NCBI GenBank assembly: GCA_963717525.1
Contig: OY970343.1
Coordinates: forward strand, 832,001-896,000
DNA length: 64,000 nt
Reading direction: 5' to 3'
DNA from: an uncultured Methanoregulaceae archaeon
GTDB taxonomy: Archaea; Halobacteriota; Methanomicrobia; Methanomicrobiales; Methanospirillaceae
In this document: piece by piece, positions 56,898 through 64,000 of the stretch
Position numbering within the stretch: position 1 is the first letter of the stretch
How the letters are laid out: every line of letters starts with the position of its first letter
Translations under genes and position numbers: made by a program
Notes under the pieces: model-generated
The model's database searches: none
What the model saw: only the letters and a program-made list of their open reading frames with translations
What the model was told of the DNA's origin: nothing

Positions 56898-57668
56898 ATG
56901 ACCATGCGCCCGTTTACCATTGCGCTCTCCGGAAAAGGCGGGACCGGGAAGACCACGGTGAGTTCCCTTCTTGTCCGGTCCTTCATCGATGCCGGCGAGA
57001 TTCCGGTCCTTGCCGTTGATGCTGACCCGAACGCGAACTTCCACGAGGCCCTTGGTGTTGAAGTGAAAGAGACACTGGGCAGCATGAGGGAAGAGGCTTT
57101 TTCCCGGAATATCCCGCCGGGCATGAACCGGCATGATTATGTACGATTCCGGTTCCGGCAGGCACTAGTGGAGGCAAACGGGTTTGATCTCGTCGCAATG
57201 GGCCGTCCAGAAGGGACCGGCTGTTACTGTTTTGCAAACGATCTCCTCTCGGAATGCATGCAACAGCTCGAACGAGAGTACCGCTTTCTCGTGATCGACA
57301 CCGAGGCCGGCATGGAGCATATCAGCCGGGGCACGATAGGAAAACCGGATGTGCTTTTGATCGTGAGCGACCCCGGGGCACGGGGGCTCCGGACGATCGC
57401 ACGGATCCGGGAGATCGCCACCCAGCTCGGGCTTGAGCGGAAAAAGATCCATGTGGTATTCAACCGGTTCAAGACCGGGGCTGCACCGGTGGATATTGGT
57501 GACGAAATCCCGATTGCGATTATTCCGGAAGACCCTGCGGTCGAAGCGGCGGATCTTGCGGCAACCCCGGTTTCGCAGATACCGGAATCCAGCCCGGCCC
57601 GGCGTGAAGTCCGGGTCCTTGCAGAAAAACTGATAAAAATGGCACGCGAGGACTCAGTGAACAAATAA
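56898..57668 (+). CDS. acsF: CooC/AcsF-type nickel insertion ATPase
   Basis: SGKGGTGKTT, VDADPN, GCYC, DTEAGMEHISRG; last gene of the acs operon. Confidence 0.9.
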   Translation: MTMRPFTIALSGKGGTGKTTVSSLLVRSFIDAGEIPVLAVDADPNANFHEALGVEVKETLGSMREEAFSRNIPPGMNRHDYVRFRFRQALVEANGFDLVAMGRPEGTGCYCFANDLLSECMQQLEREYRFLVIDTEAGMEHISRGTIGKPDVLLIVSDPGARGLRTIARIREIATQLGLERKKIHVVFNRFKTGAAPVDIGDEIPIAIIPEDPAVEAADLAATPVSQIPESSPARREVRVLAEKLIKMAREDSVNK

Positions 57669-57935
57669 ACACAGGAAATGCACTAGCTACACCTGTTAAT
57701 TTTGCTCCGTCGCCAGGAAATCGGTAAAATCCTATTGATGCCTTCCCGCAGCGAGCGCCACTCCGGGGCATGGCAGGCAAGTGAGTAAACGGGTATCCTC
57801 TTCTCTCATTGTGCCAGCTCTTTTACATTACCCGTTTTCACCCTAGGATCCCGGTAAGTGCGTAGCGCAAAACCCGACGAGGCGTTTTGCGCGTCGGGCA
57901 TCATTTAATTCACAAAGCTCCTAAAAACTCCTGTT

Positions 57936-58101
57936 GGGATTCCACCCCCTCCCTGCCCCGCAGGGAGTTGCACGGGCGCTTTTTCGTGCCTCTTGCTAAG
58001 CGCCGGTCTGGGGTTCTTGATCCGCCGCGGGGGTGCCCCTTCGGGGGCGGCGGCAATCCTCGTTCGAGGGGGTGTGGGGGCGAAAGCCCCCACGGTATCC
58101 C
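57936..58101 (+). ncRNA. Candidate structured RNA or GC-rich palindromic repeat element
   Basis: At least five hairpins, including C-TTCG-G and GAAA tetraloops, enclosed by GGGATTCC/GGTATCCC. Confidence 0.5.
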
Positions 58102-58276
58102 CTCCACACAACCCGGATCATCCGGCCCGATCCGAAGATTTCCGGAAAAGTCCGCATCACGAACCGGAGATTCCGGAAAATGTCCGGCTCAGCTGCACTG
58201 AGATTCTCAGAAAAGGCCGGTCCGCGACCAGGCAATTTCCAAAAAAATTGGTCGTCCCCTACCCCCCATGGTACGG

Positions 58277-58515
58277 TCCGCAAAAAAACCGATCGGACCG
58301 ATCGATCTCAAAACCGGTCAGGGCGGCCTCTTTTATTCCAGTGCCACAACATGCGCTTCCACTGGAGTTCCTGACGAGACGGGATGGTCGGTCCGGCCAA
58401 TTTCAAAATTGATCGGGGCGATCATCAGCGCCCACGGATCAGGAAGTAGCCCCCCTCCCCCCGCTTTGTGCTCCGCAAAAAAAAATGATCGGACCGATCG
58501 ATCTCAAAATCGATC
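58277..58515. repeat. Direct repeats with about 100-nt period and a palindromic core
   Basis: GATCGGACCGATCGATCTCAAAA is identical at 58291-58313 and 58487-58509; degenerate copy at 58386. Confidence 0.8.
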
Positions 58516-58708
58516 AACCCAACCACCCTTGTCCGCAAAAACTGGGGGTACCCCCATGATCATTTCCGGAAAAACCTTAACTCAGCCGCTTGAAGTTTTA
58601 CAAAAAAACGACCGGGTCACGATCTTCAAGGATTCCGGGAAATAGTCGGCATATCTGCCAAGGATTCCAAAAAACAAGGTGCGGGACAAATTCCCACGAG
58701 GGTAAAGA

Positions 58709-59251
58709 CTAGAGAAAGACCGCAACCGCAATCACAGTCGTCCAGAGGCCGTTCTTGTCACCCTGCGCCGACTGGCAGACATGTTTTGTCCTGATGATCT
58801 TGCCACTTGCCTTGTAGGTCTGTTCGCGTTCCTGCCAGGCAGCATTGGCATCGAACTCGATGCCCAGCGTGGTCGCAAGCATCGTCGCCGCAAGATCCTC
58901 GGCATATTCCCCGGTCCGTTCCTGAGTCTCGCCATAGGCATGATGCTCGGAGAGGTAGCCGTACTCTTCCACATCCTTGGGGAGGGCGAGCCCGACCGCG
59001 GCTGAGACCAGCCGGTTGGGTTCGTTTGTCTCGTTCCTTGCCATCACGCAGAACGTGATGCCGCCGGACTGAAGTTCACGCAGGCCGGTGCGGGAGGGGA
59101 TCTGTTTGCATTTGGGAGGGAAAATGCTCGACACGTAAACAAGGTTGCATTTTTCGATACCGGCTTTGCGCAGCGCCAGCTCGAACGACGCAAGTCGATC
59201 TTTATGAATTCCCACCCCCTTGGTGAAAAAGATCCTCGATGGAACAAACAT
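58709..59251 (-). CDS. pdaD: Pyruvoyl-dependent arginine decarboxylase
   Basis: [25 protein letters not shown] (Ser-Ser autocleavage site), YGYLSEHH. Confidence 0.9.
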   Translation of the reverse strand: MFVPSRIFFTKGVGIHKDRLASFELALRKAGIEKCNLVYVSSIFPPKCKQIPSRTGLRELQSGGITFCVMARNETNEPNRLVSAAVGLALPKDVEEYGYLSEHHAYGETQERTGEYAEDLAATMLATTLGIEFDANAAWQEREQTYKASGKIIRTKHVCQSAQGDKNGLWTTVIAVAVFL

Positions 59252-59335
59252 AATTTTTATAGAACCTGTGGCTTTTTTAATTTTTGGTCAGGATTTTGTT
59301 CAACCGGGCCTTAATTTTCCCCGATCCAGGGTTTA

Positions 59336-60130
59336 TTACGGCCCGGTACGGGAAAGGGCGACCGGGATGTCCGCAACGATAGAAAGGAGTGCATCCATGC
59401 AGTCGATCACAAAATCGGCCCCGATAGGATCCCGGGTCTTGGAGAACCGGTCCCTGTACCGCGCATACACCGTGCGGATACCCAGGTGTTTACAGGGCTC
59501 GATATCCCTCCGCGGGCTGTCGCCGATAAAGAGGGCCTCCTCCGGTCGGGCGCTGACCGCGTCCAGGGCCGCAAGGAACGGGTCGGGGGCCGGTTTTTTT
59601 ACCCCGACCTTATCATACGTCATCATACAGTCAAAGAAGGAGGCAAGGCCGCATTTTTCAAGCCGGAGCGTGGCGTCGGTATGCTCTGCATCGGTCACGA
59701 CCGCCATCGCATATCCCCGTTTCCGTATCGCTGCAAGCGTCTTTCTTACCCCCGGGTAGGGCGTGATGTAACGGAGTTTCTCGCGTGCATAGATCCGGCA
59801 GGCCTGCTCGAACATGCCATTTATCGGGATCCTGCGTTCCTCCATGTATTGCCGGATATTTTCGGTCGATTCAAAACCATGGGAGCCGGTGAGAAAATAC
59901 AAAAACAGTTCATCGCCATCATTATGGCCGAGGTGGTGCGCTACGCTGTCACATGCGGCAACCTGCGCCCCCACAAGGTCAAAGAGCGTGTTATCCATGT
60001 CAAATAAGATTGCACGGGCGGACCTCGTGCAAGGATCACCCCGGGGAAACTCCTGGTTCACGCAGAGTACATCAGTGCCGGTACACCAAAATAGGATCGA
60101 TAGGGGTACCAGGAGAGGCATCCGGCTCAT
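59336..60130 (-). CDS. HAD-superfamily hydrolase (true start probably near 60061)
   Basis: FDMDNTL, VVTD, KKPAP, FIGDSPRRD. Confidence 0.88.
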   Translation of the reverse strand: MSRMPLLVPLSILFWCTGTDVLCVNQEFPRGDPCTRSARAILFDMDNTLFDLVGAQVAACDSVAHHLGHNDGDELFLYFLTGSHGFESTENIRQYMEERRIPINGMFEQACRIYAREKLRYITPYPGVRKTLAAIRKRGYAMAVVTDAEHTDATLRLEKCGLASFFDCMMTYDKVGVKKPAPDPFLAALDAVSARPEEALFIGDSPRRDIEPCKHLGIRTVYARYRDRFSKTRDPIGADFVIDCMDALLSIVADIPVALSRTGP

Positions 60131-60182
60131 CCCTTAACCTGTCGTACCTGCCCCATATCTCCCGGGGATCCGGCTCTCGCGA

Positions 60183-60377
60183 TTATTTCCCGGAGATGAT
60201 GGTATGTGCTTTCGGATCGACCTTGTAGGACTTCGGGTGGTCGAGAAGATCGAGCGCGTTGATCCTCATATCGATGAGTTCCGAGTAATTGAACGACTCG
60301 TATTTCTTCTCGCCCTCCTCTTCCCAGAAGACGACGATCCCGTTCTCCATCTTCCTGCTGCTGACAACGTTATGCAT
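60183..60377 (-). CDS. Small hypothetical protein, 64 aa
   Basis: ATG start, protein-like composition, codon pattern like neighbouring genes, co-oriented with them. Confidence 0.65.
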   Translation of the reverse strand: MHNVVSSRKMENGIVVFWEEEGEKKYESFNYSELIDMRINALDLLDHPKSYKVDPKAHTIISGK

Positions 60378-60554
60378 AGTACCCGATCCGGAACGGGAGA
60401 TAATGAATATTACTACATTTTTCCTATGGGATGGCCTTCGAATGTGCAGTTTGATAGCCAGTCAGATCAGAGAGACGACGGGGATTATGTTGATCCAATG
60501 GGTTCTAAAAACGTCTGCAGAGAAGGTCAACCTAGAGAACCCAGTACCGGGTCT

Positions 60555-63500
60555 TCACTGCGCTTTTTCGTAACAGATCTTTGCATCCTCATGTTTACCC
60601 AGTCTGTCCAGCGTTGCACCAACGTCAGTCCATACCTCCCTTCGCGAAGGGTCTATCTCAAGGGCACGTTTGAAGGAGGTCAGAGCTTCAGGATATTTCT
60701 CCAGTTCCTGCAGGGCACGCCCCTGGTGGATCCATGCATCTACAAAATCCGGTTGCAGTGAGATCATGGCCCTGAAAGATTCCGCCGCATCCTCGTACTG
60801 CCCGAGCGCCTCAAAAGCGCTGCCCCGGGTGAAGTACGCAATCGAAAACGAGGGGTCGATTCCAAGGGCCCGGTCATAGGATTCGATAGCGGTCTTGTGG
60901 TCCTGCAGGCCGGCAAAGGTCATCCCCCGGCGGGTCCAGCCAACCGCATTCTCCGGGTCAAGCCTCAGTCCTTCATCATACGCATCGCGTGCCTCAGCGA
61001 ATTTCCCGAGATCGTAGAGGACATTTCCTTTGCCAAACCAGGCTGCAGCAAGGCCCGGGTTCTTTTCGAGCGCTTTCTCGAATGCATCCAGCGCATCACG
61101 GTACATACCAAGTTCAGCAAGGGAGGCCCCCTTGTGTGAGAATGCGTCGGCACCATGAGTGTCGAGTTCCAGTGCTTGGTCGTAGGATTTGATCGCTTCG
61201 CGATACTGTTCGATCGCCGCATAAGCAAGGCCCCGGTCCCGATAGATCTCGGCTGAATTTGGTTTTACGGCAATTGCGCGGTCGTACTCAGTGATGGCCG
61301 CATCATAACTGCCTTCGTCGTAGAGCGTCCTTGCCTTCCAGTAATGCGCCTGGTAACACGACGGATTGACTTCAAGTGCACGATCGAATGCCCGGATAGC
61401 CCCGTCAGGATTCTGGAGCGCAATATAGGCCCTCCCCTTCTGGAAGATGGCATCGGCATAGCCGGGACTTGTGGATAATGCCTGGTCATAGACCGCAAGC
61501 GCTTCCTTGAACTTTTCCAGGTGGAAAAGGGCTCGTCCCTTCTCATAGAGGGCCTCAGGGGAATCGCTCTTGATCTTCAGTGCTGAATCGAACGATGCCA
61601 CTGCCTCCTCGTATTGTCCCCGACGTGCAAGAGCGACCCCTTTGTAATGATATGCCTCTGCGTATTGACGGTTGATCGCAAGTGCACGGTTGAATGCATC
61701 GACTGCCTCATCATCCTGTTTTCGCTTCAGGAGGGCAAGTCCCTTAAAGTAGAACGCGTCTGCCGATTCCGGCTGGAGGGCAATCACCTTCTCAAACGCA
61801 GCGAGTGCCTCCCCGGTCCGTTCGAGGTGGACCAGCGCTCTTCCCTGGTTGAGAAGCGCAGGTGCATAGGAGGGATTGAAAGCAAGGGCGCGGCTATAGC
61901 AGTCAAGTGCTTCGTCATACCGGTCCAGGTTCGCCTCGGCTATTCCCCGGTAGAGCCAGGCTTCGGGATAGTCAGCCTGTTCTCTGATCGCCTGGTCGAA
62001 TGCCGTAATCGCCTCATGGTACATGGCGACACCGCACAGTGCCCGGCCCTTTGCGTAGAATGCCTTGGCACATTTCGGATGCTGGACAAGCGCTGCATCG
62101 AAGTTCTTGATTGCTTCCTGGTAACGGCCCAGTGCAGAAAATGAGAGCCCGGATTGGTAATAGGCACGTGCATCCTTTTTGTCAAGGCTGGTTGCCTTGG
62201 TAAAGCACGCGATGGCGTCTTTGTGACGGTCAAGTGCTGCGAGGGCCATCCCTTTCCCGGTCCAGACATAGGCATAGTTTGGCCGGAGCCGGAGCGCCAG
62301 ATCAAAGGCGGCGGCCGCATCCCCGGGTTTCTGGAGCCGGAGGAGTGCCATCCCCTTATGGTAAAGCGCTTCGTCATGCTTGTGGTGCAGTGCAAGCGTG
62401 CTGTCGTACGCAATGACGGCCTCGCTGAACATGGCCAATTCGAAGAGCGTCCGTCCCTTATAATAGTACGCTTCGACAAAATCCGGTTTTATTTCGAGCG
62501 CCCGGTCGAACGCCGCAACCGCCTCCTCAAAGGTGTTGAGTGCAAGAAGCGCCCGTCCCATCAGGTACCAGGCATCGGCATTTCTGGGATCGATCTCCAA
62601 TATTTTCTTGTACGATCCAATGGCATCGTTGTACCTGCCAAGGTCGAAAAGGACCATTCCCCTGTTGAGCCATCCCGGTACAGACCCGGGATCTGACTGG
62701 ATAACGTGATCGAATGCCTCAATCGCCGTATCGAGTTTTCCGGTTGCGGCAAGAGAGATGCCTTTGCGGTAGAATGCCTCAGTGTTGCCGGCATCGAGAT
62801 CGATGTCTTTGTTGAAGGCAAGGATTGCTTCATCATGTCTTCCCAGCTCAGCAAGAGCAAGTCCTTTGTGGAAATAAACCCCCGCATAATTCTTATCGAT
62901 GAGCAGGGTCTTGTCGAAGGTCTTAACCGCCTCACGGAACATCCCGAGCGCAGCAAGAGCCTTCCCCTTCTCGAAGAGCGCGTCGGAAAAGACGGGATCG
63001 ATCTCCAGTGACGCGTCAAATGCTTTTGCCGCATCTTCGGTACGTCCATCATGCGCAAGGGCTGCACCCTGGTAAAAATGAGTCTTTGCATCGGATGGCC
63101 GCAGAGCAAGGGCCGCGGAATAGCAGATTATTGCCTCCCGGTACCGGCCGAGCCTGTCGAGCGAGCGGGCTTTCTGGAACTGCGCGTCGAAATGCTCTGG
63201 CACGAGGTGGAGAACCTGATCGAACGCGGCAATTGCGTCATCAAAGTGCCGGAGCCGGGTCAGTACACAACCCTGTTCGAACCATGCGTCAGCATTTTCC
63301 GGGGTATATACGAGAAGACGCTCAAATGCGTCTGCTGCCTCCCCATACCGTTCCAGTGCGGCAAGCGAGGCGGCCCGGAAGTAAAGGGCGCCGGGGTTCT
63401 TTGGATCACCGGCAAGGGCGATATCGAGCGCCGCAACAGCATCCCCGTATTTCCCGGCATAGAAAAGTGTTCTCCCACGTTCGAAATTCGCTACCGGATC

Positions 63501-63998
63501 CGATGGCGCAAGCTCAAGTACCCGATCGAAAGATTCGATGGCTTCATCGTTTTTATTGAGCGCAGCAAGAGCCCTCCCCCGCTCCAGGTACGCTCCGGTA
63601 TCTTCCGGCCGATGGTCTATTGCATGGTCAAATGCTGCAACCGCCCCCTCGTAATGGCCCGAATGCATCAGCGCCCCGCCTTTTTTAACCCAGATCTCAG
63701 GGAGTGCCGGGTTGAGGGCAAGGGCGGCATCGAAGGCCATATCAGCATCATCATACCGTTCGAGTGCAAGAAGTGAGAGACCACGGAGGAATGCAGGTTC
63801 GTAATTATCAGTAATCTGGGTGAACGCAAGCCGGAATATTTCCTGCGCCTCATCATGCCGTCCGAGCGAGGCCAATGCCTTTGCCTTCTCAAAGAGGATC
63901 TCACCGTTCTCGGGTTCTCTCCCAAGTGCGATGTCGAAGAGATGGATTGCATCCTCAAATTGCCCAAGCCGGGACCATGCCTTTCCATCAGTAAAGAG
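60555..63998 (-). CDS. Very large TPR-repeat protein, 5'-truncated by the window edge
   Basis: More than 1140 codons of uninterrupted 34-aa repeats (AWxxKGxALxxLGRYxEAIxxFDxALxLxP). Frame stays open to the window end. Confidence 0.93.
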   Translation of the reverse strand, partial: LFTDGKAWSRLGQFEDAIHLFDIALGREPENGEILFEKAKALASLGRHDEAQEIFRLAFTQITDNYEPAFLRGLSLLALERYDDADMAFDAALALNPALPEIWVKKGGALMHSGHYEGAVAAFDHAIDHRPEDTGAYLERGRALAALNKNDEAIESFDRVLELAPSDPVANFERGRTLFYAGKYGDAVAALDIALAGDPKNPGALYFRAASLAALERYGEAADAFERLLVYTPENADAWFEQGCVLTRLRHFDDAIAAFDQVLHLVPEHFDAQFQKARSLDRLGRYREAIICYSAALALRPSDAKTHFYQGAALAHDGRTEDAAKAFDASLEIDPVFSDALFEKGKALAALGMFREAVKTFDKTLLIDKNYAGVYFHKGLALAELGRHDEAILAFNKDIDLDAGNTEAFYRKGISLAATGKLDTAIEAFDHVIQSDPGSVPGWLNRGMVLFDLGRYNDAIGSYKKILEIDPRNADAWYLMGRALLALNTFEEAVAAFDRALEIKPDFVEAYYYKGRTLFELAMFSEAVIAYDSTLALHHKHDEALYHKGMALLRLQKPGDAAAAFDLALRLRPNYAYVWTGKGMALAALDRHKDAIACFTKATSLDKKDARAYYQSGLSFSALGRYQEAIKNFDAALVQHPKCAKAFYAKGRALCGVAMYHEAITAFDQAIREQADYPEAWLYRGIAEANLDRYDEALDCYSRALAFNPSYAPALLNQGRALVHLERTGEALAAFEKVIALQPESADAFYFKGLALLKRKQDDEAVDAFNRALAINRQYAEAYHYKGVALARRGQYEEAVASFDSALKIKSDSPEALYEKGRALFHLEKFKEALAVYDQALSTSPGYADAIFQKGRAYIALQNPDGAIRAFDRALEVNPSCYQAHYWKARTLYDEGSYDAAITEYDRAIAVKPNSAEIYRDRGLAYAAIEQYREAIKSYDQALELDTHGADAFSHKGASLAELGMYRDALDAFEKALEKNPGLAAAWFGKGNVLYDLGKFAEARDAYDEGLRLDPENAVGWTRRGMTFAGLQDHKTAIESYDRALGIDPSFSIAYFTRGSAFEALGQYEDAAESFRAMISLQPDFVDAWIHQGRALQELEKYPEALTSFKRALEIDPSRREVWTDVGATLDRLGKHEDAKICYEKAQ

Positions 63999-64000
63999 CA

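Noticed and set aside
58277..58515. CRISPR array
   Set aside because: Only two exact copies plus one degenerate copy, spacers about 70 nt and partly similar to each other, and no cas genes in the window.
57887..58645. Several overlapping short ORFs in the acsF-pdaD gap
   Set aside because: Pro/Gly/Arg-rich translations of palindromic GC-rich DNA on both strands; better explained as non-coding structure.
63668..63988. Separate 106-aa ORF or frameshift at the start of the TPR gene
   Set aside because: The TPR frame itself stays open upstream of 63875 to the window edge (LFTDGKAWSRLGQFEDA...).

Overview
Chromosomal window from a hydrogenotrophic methanogen. Methanomicrobiales, most likely Methanoregula-like, is inferred from gene content (AglB, PKD/PEGA surface proteins, archaeal cbi operon, PdaD, Trm11). 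In order it holds: the end of cobA, psiE, an orphan histidine kinase, the anaerobic cobalamin operon cbiT-L-F-G-H-C-D-E, a DNA-repair neighbourhood (mutY-like, mutL, mutS), several enzymes and surface proteins, aglB, grpE-dnaK-dnaJ, purH, ilvD, a decayed IS1595-family element with visible terminal repeats and target duplication next to tRNA-Arg(GCG), M42 peptidase/aminotransferase/hxlB, and a very long TPR gene running off the right edge. The most notable locus is a tight six-gene operon (49601-57668): bacterial-type acetyl-CoA synthase, both corrinoid Fe-S protein subunits, their reductive activator, a core (MetE C-terminal-like) Zn thiol methyltransferase and the AcsF/CooC Ni chaperone, with no CO dehydrogenase and no AcsE. 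This suggests an acetyl-CoA-to-thiol methyl shunt. It is followed by about 1 kb of non-coding DNA between convergent genes that is packed with hairpins, a possible pseudoknot and periodic repeats. Other unusual items are a voltage-sensor/CorA fusion, a 2H/calcineurin-like phosphoesterase fusion and a structured region upstream of cbiT. I count 14 single-base frameshifts in conserved genes (13 insertions, 1 deletion). They are best explained as uncorrected long-read errors, so split genes are reported as reconstructed single CDSs. All calls come from motif recognition by eye; no searches were run.
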